A program made the position numbers and the translations under genes. From Octopus vulgaris (Eukaryota), in the NCBI GenBank assembly GCA_951406725.2, contig OX597817.1:60078001-60142000 (forward strand): 64,000 nucleotides of DNA. The letters are read 5' to 3'. A model generated the notes under the pieces. The model was given only the letters and a program-made list of their open reading frames with translations. It was not told the origin of the DNA and made no database searches. Positions 38,527 to 53,349 of this stretch are shown here, piece after piece (position 1 is the first letter of the stretch; each line of letters begins with the position of its first letter).

Positions 38527-40632
38527 TTAAGAGGGGTCCTTAGTAGTGAAATAGCTCAGAACTACTGAACTAAACCATTAAAGAAAATAATACCAGGGTA
38601 AATGAAGAGGAGTTGCTGAATGTAGAAAGTCTGCAATAGGAAATATTAAGAAATGATAAAAGACAAAAACAAAAGCCAGACTTTTAGGGGTAGAATGTAA
38701 TCAGTTATATCAAACTGGGGTTGATAATATAAACAAAGATGAAGAGAAAGAAATAACTCAGAGGGGCCAGTGGCAGGTATTTGAATATCAGAGACAAATA
38801 CCATACAACATAAATTCTTGATTTATTAAAATTAACTATGCTGTAAAGTGGTTGGTTTTAAGAGGGGTATTCAGCCATAAAAGCCTTACCAAAACAGGCA
38901 CTGGAGTATGAGGCAGCCCTTAGACATATTGCATCCTGTCAAGCCATTAAACCCATACCAGCATGGAACATGGACATTAAATAATGATGAGGGTGATGAT
39001 GATGATCTCTGCCTCTGGTCAATTTATTAACCCTGGTAAGATGAAAGACAAAGAAAAGCCGGCAGCTTTTGAATGCAGAACACGAAGTGGCCAAACTGAA
39101 TATAAGGCAATCAACGGCTCTGAGAATTATGAGAGTGAGAAGAAGAAGAACTATCACAAAACAACAGACACCCTACTCGTGGTGTGTGTGTGTGTGAAGG
39201 TGTATGGCCTAATAGTGATGTGTGTTACAGTTACAAACATAAGATTGTAGTTTTGATTCCTAGACCAGCTCTGTTCTTGAGTGAAACACTTTATTTCACA
39301 TTGCTCCAGTCCACTCAGCTGTAACTGGGTCACTCTGTAATGGAATAGTTTTCTGATCAATGGGGAATGCATAGCAACCAGTGGCGTGGCATCATTTAAA
39401 AGCTAAATCATGACCAGTGATATATTACAACATCTGGTAGTCTGGCTAATCATGTGATTAACAGTGGTATATATATTTTATCAATATCACAACAATGTAA
39501 TACGAAGGAGACTACAGTGGGATTTGAACTAGAGGACAGAAATAAACCAAATACAGTACCACGTATATAGTCTGTCTCAGTTGCTTCCATAAAGTACCCT
39601 TGTACCCTCTCACTCATTTCTGCTACCCCACAGAAGACATGGTTTTATATCAAATAAGTCTTTTTCATTTGTTGGGTTCGTATTATAAATCTTGTTTGGA
39701 GACTGCTTCGTGCAAAGGATGCTTCACAAAATTACCAACAAGCAAAAAAAATTCATCAACGCCTCAACAAGAAGATCGATACTGTGTTATTAGTGACTCT
39801 AATCCTGTGTAATAGGTGACAAGATTACATCAAATAAATCCTGTCTTCTGCTCAGGATTAAATATCTCTCCTAATAATAAATAATCTCACACACATCATA
39901 CAATAGGGTACAAAATCAATGAGAGGTTACACCAAGGAGATGAAGATTAATGCTTTGGTAAGTCGAGCTGCTGAGACACAAACTGATAATGTAATTTTAA
40001 TCTTTTATATGACGAGGCTCATACTCTAATGATGAGAAAGAACTAACAAGGAGAATGGATGATGGGAATGAGAGAATTATGATAATGGTTTCATATTTAG
40101 ATACAAGGCTAACAGCCTTGAGGAGAAAGGTCTTGTCATTTACTATATCCACCCCAGTATTTGACTAATATTATCTCCTACTCACGCAAACTTACCCACC
40201 CATTCACCCTGTCCACAGCATCACTTATATTCACCTCAAGTATGCCCCAACACATTTTCATCACCATCTCTGTCTCTCTCTCCCTCTCCCACTCTCTTTC
40301 TCCAACTGGGCAGTCATACATCTTTCCTACTGCATCGTACCCATTTCTGTCCCCCTCATCATACTCCAACCTCTTATCACCTGGCATAAAGTCACCCCCC
40401 TCAATATCCACCCCCACCACCAATTGAGGGGTTTTGTCCAGCAAGTTACTTGCTGACCTCACTGCAGCCGGTGCCAAATAAAAAGCATCCAGTACATTCT
40501 GTTAAGTGGTTGGCACTAGGAAGGGCATCCAGTCGTAGAATCCATGTAAAAGCAGAGGGTAGGTTTTGGCGCAATCCTCTGCCTCACCAGCTCCTGTGGA
40601 ACCATTTTCCATACAAGCTTAGAAAATGGATG

Positions 40633-41263
40633 TGTAGCATGGCAGTTTCAGCCATTTTGAAATATGACTATAGCGATTTCTAATATCGTCACTGTTGAAA
40701 GGCAAGGTAAGAAATGATCTCGTTTGAGGTTACAGCCATCTTTGGCCAACTAGTTCCTGTTGTAAACACTAACCTGATTGGTTGACACGTGACGCGATTT
40801 GTCTCTACTTATTTCGCGCCACTGTCCTGAAATAACCAATCACAGCCTTTGGTTAAGATTCCGTTTTTGAGGCTCTTTGAGCCAACCAACCAGTATATAA
40901 AGGAGTGTTTTCAGACACTTTTCGTCTTTTAGTTCCAGTTCTTCTAAGAACTAACTTTAGGCCACAGCGTTACTCAGCCAAGCGATATACGATTGTTCCG
41001 GCTACTACCGGCTACGCTAATGTACACAATCATAGAAAGCCTACTATCTTCCCCGTCGCCACCATCATGTACCTTCTATGCCAGCCGCATTCGCCCTGAT
41101 TGTCCTGCCAATATTTATATCTCAACAGCAAGACTTATCGTCAATTCACTTATGTTCTATTGTTACTGCATGTATTTATGGCTTGTAATAATTCGTTAAG
41201 AGTAGAACCACGTGCGATCGTATTTCCTACACGATACGACCACATGTGATCCTATTGCTTACA
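40633..41263 (+). mobile_element. solo LTR (Gypsy-like) inserted in a family C SINE tail
   Basis: TG...CA ends with short inverted repeat tgtagca/tgcttaca, 4-bp target duplication gatg, CCAAT boxes at 40777 and 40836, TATATAAA at 40894. Confidence 0.85.
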
Positions 41264-41774
41264 GATGTTAAATGATGATGATGATGATGAAGATTCAAGC
41301 ACAAGGCCAGCCATTTTGGTGAGAAGAGCTTACTGAATTACACTGACCAACAATATATGAAAAAGAAATAATAATAATAATAATAATAATAATACACTAC
41401 TATTAGTATATATTTTATTAACCCCACAATGATGTGATACAAAGGAGACACCAGTGGGATTTGAACTTAAGGACCCTTGAGGAGAAAGATGAAGTTGATT
41501 CTGGAGGGATTGAACTCAAAACATAAAAACCTGGAAAACATTCTTCCCAAAGCTTTAACCACAATGCTGGATAAGGGTACATTACAAGAAGAGGCTACGG
41601 AGAAAGCATCATAATAATAATAATTCTTTCTGCAATAGGCACAACGGGGCAACAACCCTGAAAGGATGGAAAACAAATTTGGTATCAGTAGAATTTGAAC
41701 TCAGAACACAAAGCCAGAACGAATGCTGTTAAGCATTTTGTCTGACATGCTAATAATTCAGCCCGCTCACTGCC

Positions 41775-41812
<38 letters not shown>

Positions 41813-42040
41813 TTTTGCCACATGGGCAGCTTGGGGAAGTTGTGGATGAGTCAATTACATCGATCCCAGTGTTCAACTGGTACTTAATTTATCGACCCTG
41901 AAAGGTTGAAAGGCAAAGTCGACCTTGGCGGAATTTGAACTCAGATTTGAAGACAGACGAAATACTTCTTAGCAATTTGCATGGCATGCTAACAACTCTG
42001 CCAGCTCACCACCTTAATAATAATAATAATAATAATAATA

Positions 42041-42640
42041 AGCAGTACCTGCCCTGATGCAGTACCTTTGCCCTGATGCAGTACCTGCCCTGATGCAGTA
42101 CCAGGCAGTGGCTCTCATGGCTTCTGATCTTAACTGATTGGAAGTGTTATCATGTACATTGTTTTGTCTTGGTATAAAAGATGGGCTACAGCAAATATTC
42201 TGCTCAATACCATAGATTTGCTTGTCAGTTGTTTGACCTTAACCAGCTGAGCATGTCCCTTAGTGGCTGACGATATGTGCATCTCTGATCACGAGCAGAA
42301 GTAGTGGGGGAGCATCATAGCCATGTGTTGAGAAGGATTCTTTGGGGTTTGAATAATTCACCTCTGGAAACATGGGTGTTTCGTTCAACGTCCTTAAACA
42401 ACCCTTATTCAGGGACCTTTTGAGCGGGATGGGTTACTCGATCTGAAGAAAATTCTAACTGGGCTCCACCTGCAAGGTCATGTGCTGCTTATCTTGATAT
42501 GAGATCACCATGTCGCGCACATATGGTTGTGATGCATGTGCCTGGTGTACCCTTATCAGACGGGTAGTCATGATGGGTATACTGGGCTTCGTATATTTTA
42601 CCCCAGTGTCACTTTGATGGCATGCTCTGCTCGCTCACTC
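42041..42640. mobile_element. about 600-bp element inserted in an (AAT)n tract, with a triplicated end
   Basis: (aat)n on both sides; gcagtacc(tt)tgccctgat occurs three times at the left end. Confidence 0.6.
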
Positions 42641-44857
42641 AATAATAATAATAATAATAATGATTTCAAATTTTGGCACAAGTCCAGTAATTTCAATTAC
42701 ATGAACTCCAGTAAGCAACTGGTACTTATTTTATTGACCTCAAAAGGCTGAAATCAAAGTCAACCCCAGCAGAATTCAAATTCAGAACACAAAGGCAGAT
42801 GAAATAGCATTAAGAATTTTGCCAGCTTGCCACCCTAAACATATATTGTCTGGCATGCTAATTAATGACCCTGCCAGCTTGCCACCTTCATTATGATAAT
42901 AAAATCAGAACAATTTTCTTTTTTTTTTTTTTTACTTCCCTTGTGAAATTTTTTTTAACATGAATTACAGATGCAATGATTTGTTTTTATTATTCATTTT
43001 ACTCCCCTCCCCATGTGTGTGTGTGTGGGGGGGTTCAGAACTTGGCTTTCCTACCACATGGTCATGGGTTCAGTCCCTCTGTGTGCAACCTTAGGCAAGT
43101 GTGTCTTCAATTAGAACACCAGCATAGCCAAAGCCTTGTAAGTGAATTTCATAGACAGAAAGAAAATCACCACATGTGCATGTATGTGTTAAAGCAGTGA
43201 TGATTATGGCGAAATCCTCATTATCCCTATTTTAATGATCACTTTTCCATGCTTGAATGGGTCAGACAAGATTCAGAGAGGCAGATGTCCTTCCTGGAGA
43301 CAAATGTTATGTTTTCACAGAAGATTACAAAAAAACAATACAATTCGTATGACGGTGAAATGTATTGACTATATTAGCATGCTAAGACAAGGACACACAC
43401 AAATATATATATAAATATATATTATAACCTGTGCTTGTGTCATGTAGTAAAGTGGTTGGCATTAGGAAGGGCATCCAGCCATAGAAACTATGCCAAATTA
43501 GACTAGAAACTGGTGCAGTTCTCCAGCTTGCCAGCTCTGGTCAAACCAGCATGGAAAATGGATGCTAAATGATGATGGTATCACATACGATGGTCTTCTT
43601 TTCAGCTTCCATAAACCAAATTTAATCACAAGGCTTTGGCCAACCTGGGATTGTATAGTAGATGACATTTTCCCCAAAATGCTGTATGGTGGGACTGAAC
43701 CTGAAACCACATGGTTGTGAAATGAATGCCTGAACTGCACATATATGCATACGTGTGTTGAACTGGAGAGACAGAAACTGTGTGAAGCCCAGTCAATAAC
43801 TCAAAAGGTACAGCCTTGTCCCACTGATGGCGCTTGAGGATCGTGTCAACCCTTCAACATTTCAACTGTCCATACCCAGCTCAAATATTCTGTCTTATGT
43901 TGAAACCAGCCACATCCATCCTCTCACACCTATCCTACAATGTCACCCCAAGATTAAAGCAATCCCATCATTGAACTCTGAAAGCCGTGAGACAGGATTA
44001 ATTCCAAACAAGGTGAATAAATATTCATTACATTTGACAAAGCAATAGGAATTCTAGAGGGTTAAGGAGGGTACACTCTGGAATATTCAACCACTTTTTA
44101 TAGTAATTCAGTGAACAGAAAGTCTGGTTAATTGGGTAATTAAATATGTACTATTCAAATACCAACAGGTATTCATTTACTGTCTATATATCGTTCCAGT
44201 CTAGTTAACATGAAGTATTTTGTTATGCTTCATTGCAATTCACACAAGTTTGAAACCCTAAAGTAATGTGTGTGTCTTTTATCGTTTACTTGTCTCAGTC
44301 ACTAGACTACAGCCATTCTAGGGTGATGCCTTCAGGAATTTTTAGTCAAATGGACTGGCCTCCAGTACTTACTTTTTTTTTAGGGCCTGGTATTAGTCTC
44401 CCACTGTTAAGTTACAGGGATGTAAACAAACCAACACCAGTTGTCAAGTGGGGGGGTGTGCACAAATGTAGACACCCACACACATCTATATAAAGAAGTG
44501 CTGATCTCTCAAAGTGGATGGAACTCATGAAAGAGGAAGACCCAGGAAGAAATGGGATAAGGCACTGAAAGATGACCTCAGGATGCTGAAGCTTTCATGA
44601 GAAGATGACAAAGGACCAAGGTACTTGGCACCTTGTTGTACTCAAGAAGACTAGTCTTCCACAAGTGAAGAAGATTGACTTGTAAGAGTCCTTTGCCAGT
44701 GAAAAAAGCACCCAGCACACACTGAAAAGGGGTTGGTGCTAGGAAGGGCAGAAACCAAGCCAAAACAGACTGGAACCTGGTGCAGTCTTCTGGCTTGCCA
44801 GCTCCAGTCAAACCATACGATCCATGCCAGCATGGAAAACAGACATTAAAAGATGAT

Positions 44858-44908
<51 letters not shown>

Positions 44909-44912
<4 letters not shown>

Positions 44913-45588
44913 CATGGAAAAATGCGAGCAAGAGAAATAATATTGTTAAGATTATAAACCTGGAAAATTACAGGAGAAGTTATTACACTTGGAAAAGTTC
45001 AGGACAACTTATTACATCTTGTAAAGTACAGAACAAGAAAATTGTTACTTAAAATATTGCAGCTAAGGATAAAATTTCAAATAAAATATTTAGATTTAGA
45101 AAATATTAGCTTTTATTAAAACTAAAAATTTTATTACAAGTCATCACTTCTATTTGTTATTACTTGTTACTTCTATTAAAAATCAAAAATAATTCAAAAT
45201 ATTTTTTGCACTTTAAAAAAAAATAATTTTTTAAAATTATTAATTAATAATTAAAAATTTGAAAATAGGTTATAAAAAATAATAGTAGTACATAATTAGT
45301 ACCGTAGCTATATCATTTTTAAGTATTCTAGTATGTCAATATTTTAACAAAATGATGGTGCCTTTTTTTTTTAATTATAATGTTTCTTTGTAAATTACAA
45401 TGAAATAATTTTTAATATTCAAATTTTATCCTTAGCTGAAATATTTTAAGTAAAAATGTTCTTGTTCTGTACTTTACCAGAAGTAATAATTTGTCTGAAC
45501 TTTTCCAAGTGTAATAACTTGTTCTCTACTTTTCCAGGTTTGTAATCTTAAGAATATTATCTCTCTTGCTTGCATTTTTCCATGTAAT
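44909..45588. mobile_element. foldback/MITE with inverted termini of about 170 bp next to (TA)n
   Basis: attacatggaaaaatgc...gctaaggataaaattt versus aaattttatccttagc...gcatttttccatgtaat; very AT-rich interior. Confidence 0.85.
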
Positions 45589-46360
45589 CCATGTATTTTT
45601 CCAGGCTATGCTAATTAATAATGTGCCAAATGTGTCAATTAGCAGTGTCATTGATAATTTTTTCCTTACCTCAGTGATGCTGGTGACATATATTAAAATC
45701 CCATTATAGAACTATATTTATAAAAAAAGTATAGAACTATATAATCACCCTCAAATTTGAGAAACAAACATTCATAATTTTTTTTCTTTTAAAACTTCAT
45801 TGCATGAAATTGATATCATGAAATTCCTTAAATTGAGCTCTATCTTTTAAGCTTAATTAAAATGTGGTTTGTTTTTACAATAAAAAAGTTAATTATACTT
45901 AAATCCAATGTTTTGCCTTATATTTTTTTCATGATATTCTACCTCACAACTCTTTTGATACAAATTTTTGTTGCATGGGACCAAAACTATGAAATTCTTA
46001 ATGCTTTCTTTTATGTTGTGGTGCACCTGAGCATTGTATACAATAATTTCATTTCATTATCATTGAAGCTAAGATAAATATATTTTGCTTTTAAAATGAA
46101 AAAAAGTTATTTAGATCTAAACTTGATTGGTGGCGTTACTTACTCTCCTATAACATTGGTACAAATTTTGATGTAAACTTTTTTCTACAGGATCAAATCT
46201 CAAATTTTTTTTATATCAAAATGTAGCTAGGCACCAGCCCTGTTCAAAAATGTTAACAGTTTTCAATTTAGTTAAGAACTGAATCAGCGACAAGCTCTGA
46301 AAGATGCTGTGTGAGTAAATTGCAGCCTTATTTGAATGATATACATATATATACATATAC

Positions 46361-46407
<47 letters not shown>

Positions 46408-46846
46408 GCACACACACACACACACATTATACATACACCAGTAGCTTTTTCAATATGGGCAAACATTAAAATAATGATGGTGATATGTATTATACACATA
46501 TATTAGTATGTGTGCCATTGTTGCATACAGAGAAAGGGGGTTGTAGTAGTAGTAGTAGTAGTAGTAGTAGTATCATCATCATCATCAGGCATTAAAAACA
46601 AACATTGAAATTTTATTTGTTTATTGTTTTTGTTTTGCTTTTTTTTTGGTACATTTGTGTATGTTTATAGAAAGACAACTTGAACCTACAATGAAGAGAA
46701 TGGAATTTTTGACTAATGTTAAGCTCTGAGCAAGCTGTGATGGGATGGGCTTTTTTTACAATACAGGGGAATAAATAGCAATGTCAACAGTACAGTGACA
46801 TCAACTCCTTTAGAATTCAAGTTTTTCTTGTTGGCAGCAGGTAGTT

Positions 46847-46891
<45 letters not shown>

Positions 46892-47971
46892 AGAGAGGAA
46901 AATAACTCAGTCAGGTAGCAGCAACTCTCAAACTCATTCATAGACTTCAAGACTTGTTATAAACATCATAGATTATTACAAGTCAAAAACAACAGCAGGC
47001 TTTAATAAAAACACTTGCCACAACAACTGTAATTACAATCATCATCATCATCGTCAACAGCATAATTATCCTTTTCTACTCTAGGCACAAGGCCTGAAAT
47101 TTTTTTTTTTTTTTTTGAGGAGGGAGCCAGTCAATTAGTCGACCCCAGTATGCAACTGGTACTTAATTTATCGGTCTCGTTTGTTGAACAACTAAGTTAT
47201 GGAGATGTAAACACACCAAAACTGGTTGTCAAGCAGTGGAGGGGAGGACAAACAAATGTAGACAGAAGGACAGACAGACAGACAGATAAATTAGATATAG
47301 AGATATTCTATTGACAATCCAATAATCTATTTGAATTGCAATATTACATTAAACACTTTGAATATAGTAACTTCAGGGTCTTTGGTTCACACCCTGAAAT
47401 TACTATATATATATATATATGTATATATATAAATACAAAATGGGACAAGAACGCAAAACATCCAGAAGACGAAAAAAACAAAGGCAGGTCATTCGAAGCC
47501 TTTAATCTTCAGTCAAGAACCGGATCATCCTTGCAATTTCGGCTGATTAATCTTGAGATTGCTCAAATCTGGCCAGCCCCAGGGATATATATATATATTG
47601 ATTTGCCTAATAGTGGTTTTGTCTCTAATTTAATATCATATATATATATATATATATATAATGGAACTGTGATTATGTGTATCAGAAAAATATGTCAAAA
47701 CAATTTGTTGACCTTTTATGGTTTTTATAATTATTTATGTTATATAATATTTAGTTATGTTACATATCATATTCATAGTATTTAATGTAATATTGTAATA
47801 TAAATAAATTATTGGATTGTCAATAGGATATCTCTATATTTAATTATACAAATATTTATATGGTATCCAACTGACGTACCAGTGAATTGGATGTTTAACA
47901 ACACACCCCCTTTGAAGGATTTCTTTTCCATGGTTGTTACTATATAAGATATATATATATATATATATATA

Positions 47972-48445
47972 ACAATGGGCTGGGCAACATTCAGAGAGCT
48001 GCTACTTTTGGTAACAAAGGGCCTCTTTCTCGGAGTGAAAGGCAGATTGTATAATGCTTGTATATGGACAGCTCTGCTACATGGCAGTGCAACATGGGCT
48101 GTAACACCTGAAGACATGCAAAGACTTGAAAGAAATGAAGCCAGTATGCTCCGATGGATGGGTAATGTCAGTGTGCATATATGACAGGGTGTAAGTGATT
48201 TGAGAGAAGAACTGGGTATATGAGACATCAAATGAAGTGTGCAAGAGAGAAGACTACACTAGTATGGTCACGTGAGGTATATGGATCAAGGCAGCTGCAT
48301 CAAGAAGTGCCAATTTCTAATTGTGGAGGGAACATGTGAAAAGGGCAGACCCCGGAAGATGTGGGATGAAGTGATGAGAAAGAATTTTCAGGGCTTCACA
48401 GAGATGACAATGGGATGAGACTTCTGAGAGTTTGCTGTACTTGAG
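47972..48445 (+). mobile_element. RTE LINE reverse-transcriptase C-terminal fragment
   Basis: KGRLYNACIWTALLHGSATWAVTPEDMQRLERNEASMLRWM; stops downstream; homologous to 19700-20160. Confidence 0.9.
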
Positions 48446-49371
48446 AATACGATCAAACTAAATAAAATCGTGTTTTTCCATGTAGATGGACATGTCCTCT
48501 TCATCTTTCTCTCAGCTGAGAGATCCTAGTCTTGCAGGTTCTTGGGTGCTGGTGCCATGTAAAAGCACACAGTACACTCTGCAAAGTGATTGGTGTCAGG
48601 AAGGGCATCCAGCCATAGGAACCATGCCAAAACAGACAATTGGACCCTGGGTGGCCCTCCAGCTGGCCACCTCCTGTCAAACCATGTATAAACACAATGG
48701 GCTTCATTCAGTTTCCGTCTATGAAATCCCCTCAGAAGGCTTTGGTTGGACTGAGGCTATAGTAGAAGACTTGACTGAGGTGACATGCACAGGGACTGAA
48801 CCCAGAGCCATGTGGTTGGGAAGCAAGCTTCTAGACACAGCCATGCCTGCACCGATGCATAATAATGTGTGCGTGTGTGTGTGTGTGCGTGTGTGTGCGT
48901 GCGTGTGTGTACACAATTTGTACCTATAATATATTTGCCATCCTTTTAATGTCGACTTTCCCATGTTAGCCCAGAGGCCGATGCTGCCATCACCTCTCAC
49001 TGGTTTCCAAGTAGCGTACTACTACTTCTCCTGGTCTTTCAAACAACCAGCAGCTCATGAGATGGGGGACATTCGTTTTGTGACAGATGAAAAACAAAGA
49101 CATTACCTATTTCGCAATGACATTGTCTACACAGAACGAACAAATAGGGACACGAGTGTTTTCATGACAGACATAAACAAGGTCACCCTCCTCCATGACA
49201 CGATAACATCATTTCTTCAACATACAATGTCAATGAGAAGATACAAACATACACTTACATACATAAACACACACACATACAGGGAGAGTTTACGGAAAAA
49301 ACAAAAGACGAAGACAGGTGGTGTACAAAACAAACAGATGTATTAGTATAACGCTCAGGAATAGAAAAAGT

Positions 49372-49407
49372 CTTTTACGTTTCGAGCCTACGCTCTTCTA
49401 CAGAAAG
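49372..49407 (-). ncRNA. minimal hammerhead-like motif, CUGUNGA variant, GUA site
   Basis: cttt-CTGTAGA-a-gagc-gtag-gctc-GAAAC-GTA-aaag, within an element at about 49285-49485 homologous to 28420-28605. Confidence 0.55.
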
Positions 49408-50845
49408 GGACACAGAAAAAAACAAGGAGAGAAAAAGAGAAAGAGAAAAAAATTGTGTGTAGTGGCTAACGATCTATCATGGCGACTGATATACACTTAC
49501 ATAAATGTACACACACACATACACTGACAAATATTTTTAAACAAAAATCGTTTAACAGTTTCCATCTACAGATTCTACACTCAAGGAATTGATCAATTCA
49601 AGGCTACAGTGGAGGACAGCTGCACAGAGTGTCATACAGGTGGAATGAACCTGAAACAAGGAATCAGGAGATTAACGTTTTAACCACATGGCCATATCTG
49701 CACCTCTGTATTTAGGCAGAGGCATGGCTGTGTAGCTAAGAAGCTTGCTTCCCAACCACATGGTCTCAGGTTCAGTCCCACCAGTTGAGACTTTGGGAAT
49801 GTTGTTTTCTTCTGTAGTCCTGTGCCAGCTAAAGCTTTGACTATGTATGGATTTGATAAACAGAAACCAAAAGAGGCCTGATGAATACACACACACCTAC
49901 ACCCATATATATATATATATATATAAGTCAAGTGAAATTGTAGTTATGACTGATGCTGGTGTCACATAACTGGCACCCGTGCTGGTGGCACATAAAAAGC
50001 ACTATTTGAGCATTGGGCCTCATGGAGGCAAAGTGGCCAATGCCAGTAGCACATGCAAAGCTGCTTTTGAGTGCTGAGCCTCACAGTGCCATACAGTGGG
50101 ACTAAAAGCGAAACCATGGGGTCGAGATGCAAGCATCTTGGCCGATAGCCATACCTTCACCTGTATATCAAAATGAAATATTTGAGTGAGTTGTGGTCTC
50201 CTGACAACACCTAAGACAAACAATAGCTTTGAAGTACTATTGACTTGGACTGCGATGGCCAGTGTATGCCGGCATGGAAACCAGACATAAAATAATAACG
50301 AGGATGCTGAAAGAGAAAAACAACCAGAAATAAAACTGAAAACTGGGTCACAGGCTCAGATCACCGAGAGCTTACACCAACCACTTTATATATTATCAAA
50401 TGTTGGAGTGGAGACAGGAATGGCTTTTAGAAGCAATGAAACCAAATGCATTTCGGCTGTTTCACGGACAATGCAAACACTAACAGAGAAACAGTAACCA
50501 AGTCTTGTAAAATGGAAACTGAAATTTTAATATAAAACAATAAATAAAAAAAATATAATTAAATAAACAAAAAAAAACATCAGACTTGATCAGGAGTGTA
50601 GGTATTAGTTTTCTAATGACTGGTTACCATGGAAATATAGATAAAATAGACTTTTATTTATTTGTTATGGAAAGATAAATTTACACTTATTTTCAGACAA
50701 AGATGGTTTATATGAAGTTATCAAAATCATAAGAAATTCAACTCTAAAACAACAAGAATTGTGAATTGAATAATTCACAATCTTGGTGAATATTTTCAGT
50801 CAAAACTTATAATGCACAGGCAACTACGAAAACTGAGTTGGCATG

Positions 50846-50919
<74 letters not shown>

Positions 50920-50925
<6 letters not shown>

Positions 50926-51011
50926 TACACGCTAGGTCACTGATATTCATATCAAAGGGAAATGGAAATTAATAGAAATTTTCGCTTCCAGTGACCTAGC
51001 GTGTAAAAATT
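50920..51011. repeat. perfect 23-bp inverted repeat mini-element abutting (TA)n
   Basis: aatttttacacgctaggtcactg / cagtgacctagcgtgtaaaaatt. Confidence 0.85.
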
Positions 51012-51198
51012 TAGTCCAAAGATTATGTATTAGTCATAAAATACAGTGTACATTTAAACACATAAGGAATCCACTCATGGGATTCAACATGCTAGAAAGA
51101 ACAGCTAGGTTCTATAACCACAAAATTAGGGATAAAATTCGACAGGAACGAAATGAAAGAATAAAAACATTTGACCATCTAATTTAAATGTACACTGC

Positions 51199-51239
<41 letters not shown>

Positions 51240-52406
51240 TCATCATCATCGTTTAACATCTGTTTTACATGCTGGCATGGATTGGACGGTTTGACTGAGA
51301 TCTGGAGAGCCAGTTGGCTGCATCAGGCTCCAATCTAATCTGGCAAGTTTTCTACAGCTGGATGCCCTTCCTAACACCAACCACTCCAAGAGTGTAGTGG
51401 GTGCTTTTATGTGCCACTGGCACAAGAGCCAGTCATAGATTTTCATTTCTTAACATTTTTTTTTATAGTTTCTTTTCATTTCTGTAATAGTTCAACTAAT
51501 GATTTTACCTCAAAGCATTCAGCCATCATGTAAGAATATGCGAAGGTTGAATAATTTGTAATGAGTATTGCTTGCCATGCCTGGACTTGTGATGCTGCTG
51601 TTATACCCATGCTGACATCTGGACAAGGGTCGACTGACCAAAGTCACACACAGTCACTCTCCAGTCTCTAATCCCCACAAACATACTCTCTCTCCTCCTA
51701 TTACTTTTTCTACCACTACTATAACGGCCTCTGCTCCTCAGAACTGGCTGAGCCTGATGCCTCTTCCACACCAGTATTCCCCATCCACTCATAACACATG
51801 GATGATGTCCAACCAAATCTGCTCCAGGCCCTACAAGAATCACTGTAACTAGTCCTTCTCTCCCTGAATGCTGTTCCTCTGGAATACCCTACCTGCAGGA
51901 GAGAAACATTAATGGCATCAATCTCAATGGTCTAAGAGGATCATCAAAGGCCATGGCAACTGACCATTCCTCCAGATCCTGCAACATGGAAATAAACAAA
52001 AACAAACCACTCCCACCACCACCACCACCAAACAACTGTTGTTTACAGGTCAGTATCAAGGTGGCTTAGTGGTTATGGCACTGCAGTTGCAATTACAGGA
52101 TTTTGGTTTTGATTCTCAGGTTGAGCAGCACATCGTGTCCTTGAATAAGGCACTTGATCCTCCACCGATTCACTCAGCTGTGAGTGAACATGCAATGGAC
52201 AAGAGCCTCATCAGGGCAATCTCAGTTACATGTACAACTGACACACACCATGGAAACTATGTGAACTGGTCAGATAAGTCCAAGGAGTTAAAAGACAATA
52301 ATGTCCAGAGGATTCTCTTTTCACTTAGTACAGGTCAATAGAACAGGCTGAGAGGCAAGCAAAGTTAGTGCCAGACAGAAAGAAGTAAAGCAAGCTTAAC
52401 AATATC

Positions 52407-52640
52407 TATTTCTTTACTACCCACAAGGGGCTAAACACAGAGGAGACAAACAAGGACAGACAAAAGGATTAAGTGGATTATATCGACCCCAGTAACTGGT
52501 CCTTAATTTATCGACCCCGAAAGGATGAAAGGCAAAGTCAACCTTGGCGGAATTTGAACTCAGAACGTAACGGCAGATGAAATACCGCTAAGCATTTCGC
52601 CCGGCATGATAATGATTCTGCCAGCTCGCCGCCTTGTCAA
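52407..52640 (-). mobile_element. intact SINE family A with 12-bp target duplication
   Basis: cttaacaatatc at 52395-52406 and 52641-52652. Confidence 0.9.
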
Positions 52641-53263
52641 CTTAACAATATCATTGTTGGGAAAGAAAGCAAGCTTTCCTTTTTAAAGAAAAAGAAGTTT
52701 TATATACAAGTTAACAATACACATACTTCAACAAAGTGTGAAGTGACAGTCTCAAAATAGCTCCACCATGTTGATGGTGCTTATTAAATGACAGCGGCAA
52801 GAAGTTAAGTGATTGGTGGCTGTGAGAATCTCTTGAAGGTTTAAAAGAAGAAAAATGGCAACTTCATGTGAAGATGATGTGCATGAAGTGTAAAGTGGAA
52901 CGGTAAGTGAAGAAGCAACAAGTGTAATAAGTAGAATTGGTGACAGAAAACAATACTGGAAGTGGCTACGTGTGTGTGTATGTATGCATGCATGTGTGTG
53001 GTGTATATATATACAGATGCACACATACATATATATATACATTTACACTCATATACACACATGCATATATATATATACACACATCATTTACACTCATATA
53101 TACACACACACACATTTACACTTGTATATATACTCACACACACATATACATACAATTATATATATACATACACATACAAATATATACCTACATATACACA
53201 TACACCTACATGCACATATATATCATTAACATCATCATGTAACATCCTTGCTTCCAAGCTGGC

Positions 53264-53303
<40 letters not shown>

Positions 53304-53304
53304 G

Positions 53305-53349
<45 letters not shown>

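Noticed and set aside
47431-47585. additional hammerhead (ggctg...cagcc-GAAAT on the minus strand)
   Set aside because: No recognisable core or NUH site in this truncated copy
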